The translations under genes and the position numbers were made by a program. The notes under the pieces are model-generated. The model had not been told where the DNA came from. It did no database searches and worked only from the letters and a program-made list of their open reading frames with translations. Shown here one piece after another: positions 42,801 through 58,100 of a DNA stretch of 64,000 nucleotides. Source of the stretch: Eledone cirrhosa (taxonomy: Eukaryota); assembly GCA_964016885.1 (NCBI GenBank), contig OZ024747.1:38130001-38194000 (forward strand). The letters run 5' to 3'. Every line of letters starts with the position of its first letter. Position 1 is the first letter of the stretch.

Positions 42801-45800
42801 TAGGATATTAACATTTGTAATGGGGAGATAGAATAGTAAAATATGAAATTAGGAGATAGGGTGGTAAAATATAGTACTGGGGAGATAGGGTGGTAAAATA
42901 TCTAATGGTGTGATAGGATATTAAAATATGTAATGGGGAGATAAGGTGATAAAATATGTAATTGGGTGATATGGTGGTAAAATAAGTAATGGGTAGATAG
43001 GGAGGTAAAATATGTAATGGGGAGATAGGATATTAAAATATGTTAATGGGGAGATAGAGTGGTGAAATATGGTAATGGGCAGTTAGGATAGTAAAATATG
43101 GTTATGGTGAGATAGGGTGGTAACTTATTCTAATGGGGATATAGGATAGTAAAATATGTAATGGGGAGATAGGATATTTAAATATGTAATGGGGTGATAG
43201 GGTTTTAAAATATGGTACTGGGGAGATAGGATAGTAAAATATGGTAATTGGGAGATAGGGTGGTAAAATATGTAATGCGGAGATAGGATAGTAAAATATT
43301 TAATGAGGAGATAGGGTGGTAAAATAGGTAATGGGATAATCGTGTCGTAAAATATGTAATGATGTGATAGGATAGTAAAATATGTAACGGGGACATAGGA
43401 TAGTAAAATATGTAATGAGGAGATAGGGTGGTAAAATATGTAATTCGGTGATATGGTGGTAAAATATGTAATGGGGAGATAGGGTGGTAAAATATGTAAT
43501 GGGGAGATAGGATAGTAAAATATGTAATGCGGAGATAGGATAGTAAAATATGTAATGGGGTGATATGGTGGTAAAATATAGTACTGGGGAGATAGGATTG
43601 TAAAATATGTAATGGGGAGATAGTACAGTAAAATATGGTAATGGGGAGATAGGATAGTAAAATATGTAATGGGGAGATAGGGTGGTAAAATATATAATGG
43701 GGAGATAGGGTGGTAAAATTTGTAATGGGGAGATAGGGTGGTAAAATATGTAATTGTGAGATAGGATAGTAAAATATGTAATGGGGAGATAGGATAGTAA
43801 AATATGTAATGGGGAGATAGTACAGTAAAATATGGTAATTGTGAGATACGATAGTAAAATATGTAATGAGGAGATACGGTGGTAAAATATCTAATGGGGA
43901 GATAGGGTGGTAAAATATGTAATAGGGAGATAGGGTGGTAAAATATGTAATGGGGAGATAAGGTGGTAAAATATGTAATGGGGAGATAGGGTGATAAAAT
44001 ATTTAATGGGGAGATAGTATAGTAAATTATGGTAATGGGGAATTATGATAGTAAAATATGGTAATGGGGAGATAAGATAGTAAAATATGTTATGGGGAGA
44101 AAGGGTGGTAAAATATGTAATGGGGAGATAGGATAGTAAAACTTGCAATAGGGAGATAGGATAGTAAAATATGTAATCGCGAGATAGGGTGGTAAAATAT
44201 GTAATGGGGAGATAGGCTGGTAAAGTAAGTAATGGGGAGTTAGGATACTAACATATGTAATGGGGAGATAGGATAGTAACATATGTAATGGGGAGATAGG
44301 GTGGTAAAATATGTAATTGGGAGATAGGGTAGTAAAATATGGTAATGCGGAGTTAGGATAGTAAAATATGTTATGGGGAGAAAGGTTACTAAAATATGTA
44401 ATGGGGAAATAGGATAGTAAAATATGGTAATGGTGAGACAGCATAGTAAAATATGGTAATGGGGAGATAGGCTAGTAAAATATGTAATGGTGAGATAGGG
44501 TGATAAAATATGTAATGGGAGATACAGTAGTAAAATATGGTAATAGGGAGATAGAATATTTAAATATGGTAATGAGGAGATAGCGTTTTAAAATATCGTA
44601 CTGGGGAGATATGATAGTAAAATATGTAATGAGGAGATCGTATAGTAAAATATGGTAATGGGGAATTATGATAGTAAAATATGGTAATGGGGATATAAGA
44701 TAGTAAAATATGTTATGGGGAGATAGGGTGGTAAAATATGTAATGGGGAGATAGGATAGTAATATATGCAATAGGGAGATAGGATAGTAAAATATGTAAT
44801 CGGGAGATAGGGTGGTAAAATATGTAATGTGGAGATAGGGTGGTAAAATATGTAATGGGGAGATAGGAGAGTAAAATATCTAATGGGGAGATAGGATAGA
44901 AAAATAAGTAATGGGTAGATAGGGTGATAAAATATGTAATGGGAGATAGAGTAGTAAAATATGGTAATAGATAGATAGGATATTTAAATATGGTAATGGG
45001 GGGGTAAGATAGTAAAATATGTTATGGGGAGATAGGGTGGTAAAATATGTAATGGGGAGATAGGATAGTAAAATATGCAATAGGGAGATAGGATAGTAGA
45101 ATATGTAATCGGGAGATAAGGTGGTAAAATATGTAATGGGGAGATAGGCTGGTAAAATGTGTAATGGGGAGTTAGGATGTAAAATATGTAATGGGGAGAT
45201 AGGATAGTAAAATATGTAATGGGGACATAGGATAGTAAAATATGTAATGGGGAGATAGGGTGGTAAAATATGTAATGGGGAGATAGGGTAGTAAAATATG
45301 GTAATGCGGAGTTAGGATAGTAAAATATGTTATGGGGGAGACAGGTTATTAAAATATGTAATGGGGAAATAGGATAGTAAAATATGGTAATGGTGAGACA
45401 GCATAGTAAAATATGGTAATGGGGATATAGGCTAGTAAAATATGTAATGGGTAGATAGGGTGGTAAAATATGTAATTGTGAGATAGGATAGTAAAATATG
45501 TAATGGGGAGATAGGATAGTAAAATATGTAATGGGGAGATATGATAGTAAAATAGGTAATTGGTAGATAGGATAGTAAAATATGAAATGGGCAGGTAGGA
45601 TAGTAAAATATGTAATGGGGAGATAGGATAGTAAAGTATGTATTGGGGAGATAGGGTGATAAAATATAGTACTGGGGAGAAAGGATAGTAAAATATAGTA
45701 CTGGGGTGATAGGATAGGAAAATATGTAATGGGGAGATAGGATAGTAAAGTATATAATGGGGAGGTAGGAGAGTAAAATATCTAATGGGGAGATAGGCTA

Positions 45801-48800
45801 GTAAAATATGTAATGGTGAGATATGGTGATAAAATATGTAATGGGAGATATAGTAGTAAAATATGGTAATAGGGCGATAGGATATTTAAATATGGTAATG
45901 GGGAGATAGGGTTTTAAAATATGGTACTGGGGAGATATGATAGTAAAATATGTAATGGGGAGATAGGGTGGTAAAATATGTAACTGGGTGATATGGTGGT
46001 AAAATATGTAATTGGGAGATAGGGTGGTAAAATATGTAATGGGGAGATAGGATAGTAAAATATGTAATGCGGAGATAGTATAGTAAAATATGTAATGGGG
46101 TGATATGGTGGTAAAATATAGTACTGGGGAGATAGGATTGTAAAATATGTAATGGGGCGATAGTACAGTTAAATATGGTAATGGGGAGATAGGATAGTAA
46201 AATATGTAATGGGGAGATAGGGTGGTAAAATATGTAATGAGGAGCTAGGATGGTAAAATTTGTGAATGGGGAGATAGGGTGGTAAAATATGTAATCGTGA
46301 GATAGGATAGTAAAATATGGTAATGTGGAGATAGGGTTTTAAAATATGGTACTGGGGAGATAGGATAGTAAAATATGGTAATTGGGAGATAGGGTGGTAA
46401 AATATGTAATGGGATGATCGGATGGTAAAATATGTAATGGGATGATCGGGTCGTAAAATATGTAATGGGGAGATAGGGTGGGAAATTATGTAATGGGTAG
46501 ATAGGATAGTAAAATATGTAATGGGGAGATATGGTGGTAAAATATGGTAATGAGGAGATAGGATATTTAAATATGTAATGGGGCGATAGTATAGTAAACT
46601 ACGTAATGGGAAGATAGGATATTAAAATATGTAATGGGAAGATAGGATATTAAAATATGTAATGGGGAGATAGGATAGTAAAATATGTAATGTTGAGATA
46701 GGATAGTAAAATATGTAATGGGGAGATTGGGTGGTAAAATATGTAATGGGGAGATAGGGTGGTAAAATATGTAATGGGAAGATAGGATAATAAAATAGGT
46801 AATGGGGAGATAGGATAGTAAAATATGTAATGGGGAGATAGGATAGTAAGATATGTAATGGGGAGATAGGATAGTAAAATAGGTAATTGGGAGATAGGAT
46901 AGTAAAATATGAAATGGGGAGGTAGGATAGTAAAATATGTAATGGGGAGATAGGATAGTAATGTATGTATTGGGGAGATAGGGTGATAAAATATAGTACT
47001 GGGGAGATAGGATAGTAAAATATAGTATTGGGGTGATAGGATAGAAAAATATGTAATGGGGAGATAGGATAGTAAAATATATAATGGGGAGGTAGGAGAG
47101 AAAATATCTAATAGGGAGATAGGATAGTAAAATATGTAATGGGTTGATATGGTGGTAAACTATAGTACTCTCGAGATAGGATTGTAAAATATGTAATGGG
47201 GAGATAGTACAGTAAAATATGGTAATTGTGAGATACGATAGTAAAATATGTAATGAGGAGATACGGTGGTAAAATATCTAATGGGGAGATAGGGTGGTAA
47301 AATATGTAATAGGGAGATAGGGTGGTAAAATATGTAATGGGGAGATAAGGTGGTAAAATATGTAATGGGGAGATAGGGTGATAAAATATTTAATGGGAGA
47401 TAGAGTAGTATAATATGGTAATGGGGAGATAGGGTTTTAAAATACGGTACTGGGGAAATAGGATAGTAAAATATGTAATGAGGAGATAGTATAGTAAAAT
47501 ATGGTAATGGGGAATTATGATAGTAAAATATGGTAATGGGGAGATAAGATAGTAAAATATGTTATGGGGAGATAGGGTGGTAAAATATGTAATGGGGAGA
47601 TAGGATAGTAAAACATGCAATAGGGAGATAGGATAGTAAAATATGTAATCGAGAGATAGGGTGGTAATATATGTAATGGGGAGATAGGCTGGTAAAATAA
47701 GTAATGGGGAGTTAGGATACTAACATATGTAATGGGGAGATAGGATAGTAAAATATGTAATGGGGAGATAGGGTGGTAAAATATGTAATTGGGAGATAGG
47801 GTAGTAATATATGGTAATGCGGAGTTAGGATAGTAAAATATGTTATGGGGAGAAAGGTTACTAAAATATGTAATGGGGAAATAGGATAGTAAAATATGGT
47901 AATGGTGAGACAGCATAGTAAAATATGGTAATGGGGAGATAGGCTAGTAAAATACGTAATGGTGAGATAGGGTGATAAAATATGTAATGGGAGATAGAGT
48001 AGTAAAATATGGTAATAGGGAGATAGAATATTTAAATATGGTAATGAGGAGATAGGGTTTTAAAATATCGTACTGGGGAGATATGATAGTAAAATATGTA
48101 ATGAGGAGATCGTATAGTAAAATATGGTAATGGGGAATTATGATAGTAAAATATGGTAATGGGGATATAAGATAGTAAAATATGTTATGGGGAGATAGGA
48201 TGGTAAAATATGTAATGGGGAGACAGGATAGTAATATATGCAATAGGGAGATAGGATAGTAAAATATGTAATCGGGAGATAGGGTGGTAAAATAAGTAAT
48301 CTGGAGATAGGGTGGTAAAATATGTAATGGGGAGATAGGAGAGTAAACTATCTAATGGGGAGATAGGATAGAAAAATAAGTAATGTGTAGATCGGGTGAT
48401 AAAATATGTAATGTTAGATAGAGTAGTAAAATATGGTAATAGGTTGATAGGATATTTAAATATGGTAATGGGGAGATAAGATAGTAAAATATGTTATGGG
48501 GAGATAGGGTGGTAAAATATTTAATGGGGAGATAGGCTGGTAAAATGTGTAATGGGGAGTTAGGATGTAAAATATGTAATGGGGAGATAGGATAGTAAAA
48601 TATGTAATGGGGACATAGGATAGTAAAATATGTAATGGGGAGATAGGATAGTAAAACATGCAATAGGGAGATAGGATAGTAAAATATGTAATGGGGAGAT
48701 AGGCTGGTAAAATAAGTAATGGGGAGTTAGGATACTAACATATGTAATGGGGAGATAGGATAGTAAAATATGTAATGGGGAGATAGGGTGGTAAAATATG

Positions 48801-49140
48801 TAATAGGGAGATAGGGTAGTAAAATATGGTAATGCGGAGTTAGGATAGTAAAATATGTTATGGGGGAGAAAGGTTATTAAAATATCTAATGGGGAAATAG
48901 GATAGTAAAATATGGTAATGTTGAGACAGCATAGTAAAATATGGTAATGGGGAGATAGGCTAGTAAAATATGTAATGGTGAGATAGGGTGATAAAATATG
49001 TAATGGGAGATATAGTAGTAAAATATGGTAATAGGGCGATAGGATATTTAAATATGGTAATGGGGAGATTGGGTTTTAAAATATGGTACTGGGGAGATAT
49101 GATAGTAAAATATGTAATGGGGAGATAGGGTGGTAAAATA
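33881..49140 (+). repeat. Near-identical tandem duplication of a ~7.6-kb block (copy 1 ~33881-41535, copy 2 ~41536-49134)
   Basis: ORF offsets are 7655 (33935/41590, 34047/41702, 35550/43205), then 7683 (36208/43891 through 40669/48352), then 7599 (ORF ends 41064/48663). Rare variants such as GCGATACTCGGTTCG and GTACTCTCGAG appear once in each copy. Confidence 0.93.
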
Positions 49141-52100
49141 TGTAACTGGGTAATATGGTGGTAAAATATGTAATGGGGAGATAGGGTGGTAAAATATGTA
49201 ATGAGGAGATAGGATAGTAAAATATTTAATGCGGAGATAGTATAGTAAAATATGTAATGGGGTGATATGGTGGTAAAATATAGTACTGGGGAGATAGGAT
49301 TGTAAAATATGTAATGGGGAGATAGTACAGTTAAATATGGTAATGGGGAGATAGGATAGTAAAATATGTAATGGGGAGATAGGGTGGTAAAATATGTAAT
49401 GAGAGCTAGGATGGTAACATTTGTGAATGGGGAGATAGGGTGGTAAAATATGTAATCGTGAGATAGGATAGTAAAATATGGTAATGTGGAGATAGGGTTT
49501 TAAAATATGGTACTGGGGAGATAGGATAGTAACATATGGTAATTGGGAGATAGGGTGGTAAAATATGTAATGGGATGATCGGATGGTAAAATATGTAATG
49601 GGATGATCGGGTCGTAAAATATGTAATGGGGAGATAGGGTGGGAAATTATGTAATGGGTAGATAGGATAGTAAAATATGTAATGGGGAGATATGGTGGTA
49701 CAATATGGTAATGAGGAGATAGGATAGTAAAATATGTAATGGGGCGATAGGATAGTAAACTACGTAATGGGAAGATAGGATATTAAAATATGTAATGGGA
49801 AGATAGGATATTAAAATATGTAATGGGGAGATAGGATAGTAAAATATGTAATGTTGAGATAGGATAGTAAAATATGTAATGGGGAGATAGGGTGGTAAAA
49901 TATGTAATGGGGAGATAGGAGAGTAAAATATCTAATGGGGAGATAGGATAGTAAAATATTAAATGGGGAGGTAGGATATTAAAATATGTAATGGGGAGAT
50001 AGGATAGTAAAATATCTAATGGGGAGATAGGATAGTAACATATGCAATGGGGTGATATGATAGTAAAATATGTTAATGGGGAGATAGGCTAGTAAAATAA
50101 GTAATAGGGAGATAAGGTGGTAAAATATGTAATGGGGAGATAGGGTACTAAAATATGTAATGAGGACGTAGGATAGTAAAATATTTAAATGGGAGATAGT
50201 ATAGTAAAATATGTAATGGCGAGATAGGTTAGTAAAATATGTAATGGGGAAATAGGATAGTAAAATATGTACTGGGGAGATAGGATAGTAAAATATCTAA
50301 TGGCGAGATAGGATAATAAAATATATAATGTGGAGAAAGGGTGGTAAAATATGTAATGGTGAGATAGGATAATAACATATGTAATGAAGAGATAGTACAG
50401 TAAAATATGGTAATGGGGAGATAGGATAGTAAAATATGTAATGGGGAGATAGGGTGGTAAAATATGTAATGCGGAAATATGGTGGTAAAATATGTAATGG
50501 GGAGATAGGAGAGTAAAATATCTAATGGGGAGATAGGATAGTAAAATATGTAATGGGTTGATAGGGTGGTAAAATATAGTACTCTAGGGATAGGATTGTA
50601 AGATATGTAATGGGGAGATAGTACAGTAAAATATGGTAATGGTGAGATAGGATCGTAAAATATGTAATGGGGAGATAGGGTGGTAAAATATGTAATGGGG
50701 ATATAGGGTAGTAAAATATGGTAATGGGGAGAAAGGATAGTAAAATATGTTAATAGGGAGATAGGGTGCTAAAATATGTAATGGGATGATCGGAGGGTAA
50801 AATATGGTAATGGGGAGATAGGATAGTAAAATATGTAATGGGGAGATAAGATAGTAAAATATGTAATGAGGAGATAGTGTGGTAAAATAGGTAATGGGGT
50901 AATCGGGTGGTAAAATATGTAAAGTGGAGATAGGGTGGTAAAATATTTAATGGGGAGTTAGGGTGGTAAAATATGTAATGAGGAGATAGGGAGGTAAAAT
51001 ATGTAATGAGGAAATAGGGTGGTAAAATATGTAATGGGTAGATAGGGCGGTAAAATATAGTAATCGGGAGATAGGATATTAAAATTTGTAATGGGGAGAT
51101 AGATTAGTAAAATATGTAATGGGGAGAGAGGATATTAAAATATGTAATGGTGAGATAGTATAGTAAAATATGTAATTAGGAGATAGGGTGGTAAAATATA
51201 GTACTGGGGAGATAGTACAGTAAAATATGGTAATGGGTAGATAGCATAGTAAATTATGTAATGGGGAGATAGGGTGGTAAAATAGGTAATGGGGAGACAG
51301 CGTTGTAAAATATGGTAATGGGAAGATAGGAAAGTAAAATATGGCATTGGGGAGATATGATAGTAAAATAAGTAATGGGGAGATAGGGTGGTAAAATATC
51401 TAAAGGGATGATCGGATGGTAAAATATGGAAATGGGGAGATAGGATAGTAAAATATGTAATGGGGACATAGGATAGTAAAATATGTAATGAGGAGATAGC
51501 TTGGTAAAATATGTAATGGGATGATCGGGTCGTAAAATATGTAATGGGGAGATAGGGTGGTAAAATATGTAATGGGTAGATAGGATAGTAAAATATGTAA
51601 TGGGGAGATATGTTGGTAAAATATGGTAATAGGGTGATATGATTGTAAACTACGTAATGGGAAGTTAGGATAGTAAAATATGTAATGTGGAGATAGGATA
51701 GTAAAATATGTAATGGGGAGATAGGGTGGCAAAATATGTAATGTTGAGATAGGATAATAACATTTGTAATGAGGAGCTAGGGTGCTAAAATATGTAATGA
51801 GGAGATAGGGTCGTAAAATATCTAATGGGGAGATAAGGTGTTAAAATATGGTAATCGGGAGATAGGATATTAACATTTGCAATGGGGAGATAGAATATTA
51901 AAATATGTAATGGGCACATAGGTTATTAAAACATGTAATGGGGAGATAGAATAGTAAAATATGAAATTAGGAGATAGGGTGGTAAAATATAGTACTGGGG
52001 AGATAGGGTGGTAAAATATCTAATGGTGTGATAGGATAGTAAAATATGTAATGGGGAGATAGGATAGTACAATATGTAATGAGGAGATAGGGTGGTAAAA

Positions 52101-55100
52101 TATGTAATTGGGTGATATGGTGGTAAAATAAGTAATGGGTAGATAGGGTGGTAAAATATGTAATGGAGAGATAGGATAGTAAAATATGTTAATGGGGAGA
52201 TAGAGTGGTGAAATATGGTAATGGGGAGTTAGGATAATAAAATATTGTCATGGTGAGATAGGGTGATAAAATATTCTAATGGGGAGATAGGATAGTAAAA
52301 TATGTAATGGGGAGATAGGATATTTAAAAATGTAATGGGGTGATAGGGTTTTAAAATATGGTACTGGGGAGATATGTTAGTAAAATATGTTAATTGGCAG
52401 ACAGGGTGGTAAAATATGTAATGGGATGATCGGATGGTAAAATATGGTAATGGGGAGATAGGATAGTAAAATATGTAATGGGGAGATAGGGTGGTAAAAT
52501 ATGTAATGGGGATATAAGGTAGTAAAATATGGTAATGGGCAGAAAGGATAGTAAAATATGTTAATAGGGAGATAGGATAGTAACATATGCAATGGGGTGA
52601 TATGATAGTAAAATATGGTAATGGGGAGATAGGCTAGCAAAATATGTTAATAGGGAGATAGGATAGTAACATATGCAATGGGGTGATATGATAGTAAAAT
52701 ATGGTAATGGGGAGATAGGCTAGTAAAATAAGTAATAGGGAGATAAGGTGGTAAAATATATAATGGGGAGATACTGTGATAAACTATTTAATAGGGAGAT
52801 AGGATAGTAAAATATGGTAATGGGGAGATAGGGTGGTAAAATATAGTACTTGAAATATGTAATGAGGAGATAGTACAGTAAAATATGGTAATGGGGAGAT
52901 AGGGTGGTAAAATATCTAATGGTGTGATAGGATAGTATAATATGTAATGGGGAGATAGGATAGTAAAATATGTAATGAGGAAATAGGGTGGTAAAATATG
53001 TAATTGGGTGATATGGTGGTAAAATAAGTAATGGGTAGATAGGGTTGTAAAATATGTAATGGGGAGTTAGGATAGTAAAATATGTTAATGGGGAGATAGA
53101 GTGGTAAAATATGGTAATGGGGAGTAAGGATAGTAAAATATGGTCATGGTGAGATAGGGTGATAAAATATGTAATGGGGAGATAGGATAGTAAAATATGT
53201 AATGGGGAGATATGATATTTAAATATGTAATGGGGTAATAGGGTTTAAAAATATGGTACTGGGGAGATAGGATAGTAAAATATGGTAATTGGGAGATAGG
53301 GTGCTAAGATATGTAATGGGATGATCGGAGGGTAAAATATGGTAATGGGGAGATAGGATAGTAGAATATGTAATGGGGAGATAAGATAGTAAAATATGTA
53401 ATGAGGAGATAGTGTGGTAAAATAGGTAATGGGATAATCGGGTGGTAAAATATGTAAAGTGGAGATAGGGTGGTAAAATATTTAATGGGGAGTTAGGGTG
53501 GTAAAATATGTAATGAGGAGATAGGGAGGTAAAATATGTAATGAGGAAATAGGGTGGTAAAATATGTAATGGGTAGATAGGGCGGTAAAATATAGTAATC
53601 GGGAGATAGGATATTAAAATTTGTAATGGGGAGATAGATTAGTAAAATATGTAATGGGGAGAGAGGATATTAACATATGTAATGGTGAGATAGTAGAGTA
53701 AAATATGTAATTAGGAGATAGGGTGGTAAAATATAGTACTGGGGAGATAGTACAGTAAAATATGGTAATGGGTAGATAGCATAGTAAAATATGTAATGGG
53801 GAGATAGGGTGGTAAAATAGGTAATGGGGAGTCAGCGTTGTAAAATATGGTAATGGGAAGATAGGAAAGTAAAATATGGCATTGGGGAGATATGATAGTA
53901 AAATAAGTAATGGGATGATCGGGTCGTAAAATATGTAATGGGGAGATAGGGTGGTAAAATACGTAATGGGTAGATAGGATAGTAAAATATGTAATGGGGA
54001 GATATGTTGGTAAAATATGGTAATAGGATGATATGATTGTAAACTACGTAATGGGAAGTTAGGATAGTAAAATATGTAATGGTGAGATAGGGTGATCAAA
54101 TATGTAATGGGAGATATAGTAGTAAAATATGGTAATAGGGCGATAGGATATTTAAATATGGTAATGGGGAGATTGGGTTTTAAAATATGGTACTGGGGAG
54201 ATATGATAGTAAAATATGTAATGGGGAGATAGGGTGGTAAAATATGTAACTGGGTAATATGGTGGTAAAATATGTAATGGGGAGATAGGGTGGTAAAATA
54301 TGTAATGAGGAGATAGGATAGTAAAATATTTAATGCGGAGATAGTATAGTAAAATATGTAATGGGGTGATATGGTGGTAAAATATAGTACTGGGGAGATA
54401 GGACTGTAAAATATGTAATGGGGAGATAGTACAGTTAAATATGGTAATGGGGAGATAGGATAGTAAAATATGTAATGGGGAGATAGGGTGGTAAAATATG
54501 TAATCGTGAGATAGGATAGTAAAATATGGTAATGTGGAGATAGGGTTTTAAAATATGGTACTGGGGAGATAGGATAGTAAAATATGGTAGTTGGGAGATA
54601 GGGTGGTAAAATATGTAATGGGATGATCGGATGGTAAAATATGTAATGGGATGATCGGGTCGTAAAATATGTAATGGGGAGATAGGGTGGGAAATTATGT
54701 AATGGGTAGATAGGATAGTAAAATATGTAATGGGGAGATATGGTGGTAAAATATGGTAATGAGGAGATAGGATAGTAAAATATGTAATGGGGCGATAGGA
54801 TAGTAAACTACGTAATGGGAAGATAGGATATTAAAATATGTAATGGGAAGATAGGATATTAAAATATGTAATGGGGAGATAGGATAGTAAAATATGTAAT
54901 GTTGAGATAGGATAGTAAAATATGTAATGGGGAGATTGGGTGGTAAAATATGTAATGGGGAGATAGGGTGGTAAAATATGTAATGGGAAGATAAAATAGG
55001 TAATGGGGAGATAGGGTGGTAAAATGTGTAATGGGGAGATAGGAGAGTAAAATATCTAATGGGGAGATAGGATAGTAAAATATTAAATGGGGAGGTAGGA

Positions 55101-58100
55101 TATTAAAATATGTAATGGGGAGATAGGATAGTAAAATATCTAATGGGGAGATAGGATAGTAACATATGCAATGGGGTGATATGATAGTAAAATATGTTAA
55201 TGGGGAGATAGGCTAGTAAAATAAGTAATAGGGAGATAAGGTGGTAAAATATGTAATGGGGAGATAGGGTACTAAAATATGTAATGAGGACGTAGGATAG
55301 TAAAATATTTAAATGGGAGATAGTATAGTAAAATATGTAATGGCGAGATAGGTTAGTAAAATATGTAATGGGGAAATAGGATAGTAAAATATGTACTGGG
55401 GAGATAGGATAGTAAAATATCTAATGGCGAGATAGGATAATAAAATATATAATGTGGAGAAAGGGTGGTAAAATATGTAATGGTGAGATAGGATAATAAC
55501 ATATGTAATGAAGAGATAGTACAGTAAAATATGGTAATGGGGAGATAGGATAGTAAAATATGTAATGGGGAGATAGGGTGGTAAAATATGTAATGCGGAA
55601 ATATGGTGGTAAAATATGTAATGGGGAGATAGGAGAGTAAAATATCTAATGGGGAGATAGGATAGTAAAATATGTAATGGGCTGATAGGGTGGTAAAATA
55701 TAGTACTCTAGGGATAGGATTGTAAGATATGTAATGGGGAGATAGTACAGTAAAATATGGTAATGGTGAGATAGGATCGTAAAATATGTAATGGGGAGAT
55801 AGGGTGGTAAAATATGTAATGGGGATATAGGGTAGTAAAATTTGGTAATGGGGGAAAGGATAGTAAAATATGTTAATAGGGAGATAGGATAGTAACATAT
55901 ACAATGGGGTGATATGATAGTAAAATATGGTAATGGGGAGATAGGCTAGTAAAATAAGTAATAGGGAGATAAGGTGGTAAAATATATAATGGGGAGATAC
56001 TGTGATAAACTATTTAATAGGGAGATAGGATAGTAAAATATGGTAATGGGGAGATAGGGTGGTAAAATATAGTACTTGAAATATGTAATGAGGAGATAGT
56101 ACAGTAAAATATGGTAATGGGGAGATAGGGTGGTAAAATATCTAATGGTGTGATAGGATAGTATAATATGTAATGGGGAGATAGGATAGTAAAATATGTA
56201 ATGAGGAGATAGGGTGGTAAAATATGTAATTGGGTGATATGGTGGTAAAATAAGTAATGGGTAGATAGGGTTGTAAAATATGTAATGGGGAGATAGGATA
56301 GTAAAATATGTTAATGGGGAGATAGAATGGTAAAATATGGTAATAGGGTGATATGATTGTAAACTACGTAATGGGAAGTTAGGATAGTAAAATATGTAAT
56401 GGGGAGATAGGGTGGCAAAATATGTAATGAGGAGATAGGGTCGTAAAATATCTAATGGGGAGATAAGGTGTTAAAATATGGTAATCGGGAGATAGGATAT
56501 TAACATTTGTAATGGGGAGATAGAATATTAAAATATGTAATGGGCACATAGGTTATTAAAACATGTAATGGGGAGATAGAATAGTAAAATATGAAATTAG
56601 GAGATAGGGTGGTAAAATATAGTACTGGGGAGATAGGGTGGTAAAATATCTAATGGTGTGATAGGATAGTAAAATATGTAATGGGGAGATAGGATAGTAC
56701 AATATGTAATGAGGAGATAGGGTGGTAAAATATGTAATTGGGTGAAATGGTGGTAAAATAAGTAATGGGTAGATAGGGTGGTAAAATATGTAATGGAGAG
56801 ATAGGATAGTAAAATATGTTAATGGGGAGATAGAGTGGTGAAATATGGTAATGGGGAGTTAGGATAATAAAATATTGTCATGGTGAGATAGGGTGATAAA
56901 ATATTCTAATGGGGAGATAGGATAGTAAAATATGTAATGGGGAGATAGGATATTTAAAAATGTAATGGGGTGATAGGGTTTTAAAATATGGTACTGGGGA
57001 GATATGTTAGTAAAATATGTTAATTGGCAGACAGGGTGGTAAAATATGTAATGGGATGATCGGATGGTAAAATATGGTAATGGGGAGATAGGATAGTAAA
57101 ATATGTAATGGGGAGATAGGGTGGTAAAATATGTAATGGGGATATAGGGTAGTAAAATATGGTAATGGGGAGAAAGGATAGTAAAATATGTTAATAGGGA
57201 GATAGGATAGTAACATATGCAATGGGGTGATATGATAGTAAAATATGGTAATGGGGAGATAGGCTAGCAAAATATGTTAATAGGGAGATAGGATAGTAAC
57301 ATATGCAATGGGGTGATATGATAGTAAAATATGGTAATGGGGAGATAGGCTAGCAAAATAAGTAATAGGGAGATAAGGTGGTAAAATATATAATGGGGAG
57401 ATACTGTGATAAACTATTTAATAGGGAGATAGGATAGTAAAATATGGTAATGGGGAGATAGGGTGGTAAAATATAGTACTTGAAATATGTAATGAGGAGA
57501 TAGTACAGTAAAATATGGTAATGGGGAGATAGGGTGGTAAAATATCTAATGGTGTGATAGGATAGTATAATATGTAATGTGGAGATAGGATAGTGAAATA
57601 TGTAATGAGGAGATAGGGTGGTAAAATATGTAATTGGGTGATATGGTGGTAAAATAAGTAATGGGTAGATAGGGTTGTAAAATATGTAATGGGGAGTTAG
57701 GATAGTAAAATATGTTAATGGGGAGATAGAGTGGTAAAATATGGTAATGGGGAGTAAGGATAGTAAAATATGGTCATGGTGAGATAGGGTGATAAAATAT
57801 GTAATGGGGAGATAGGATAGTAAAATATGTAATGGGGAGATATGATATTTAAATATGTAATGGGGTAATAGGGTTTTAAAATATGGTACTGGGGAGATAG
57901 GATAGTAAAATATGGTAATTGGGAGATAGGGTGCTAAGATATGTAATGGGATGATCGGAGGGTAAAATATGGTAATGGGGAGATAGGATAGTAAAATATG
58001 TAATGGGGAGATAACATAGTAAAATATGTAATGAGGAGATAGTGTGGTAAAATAGGTAATGGGATAATCGGGTGGTAAAATATGTAAAGTGGAGATAGGG

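Noticed and set aside
33881-49140. The 7.6-kb and 6.7-kb units as retrotransposons or other mobile elements
   Set aside because: The sizes are similar, but the units consist entirely of satellite monomers, with no LTR, TIR, target-site duplication, poly(A) tail or enzyme ORF.
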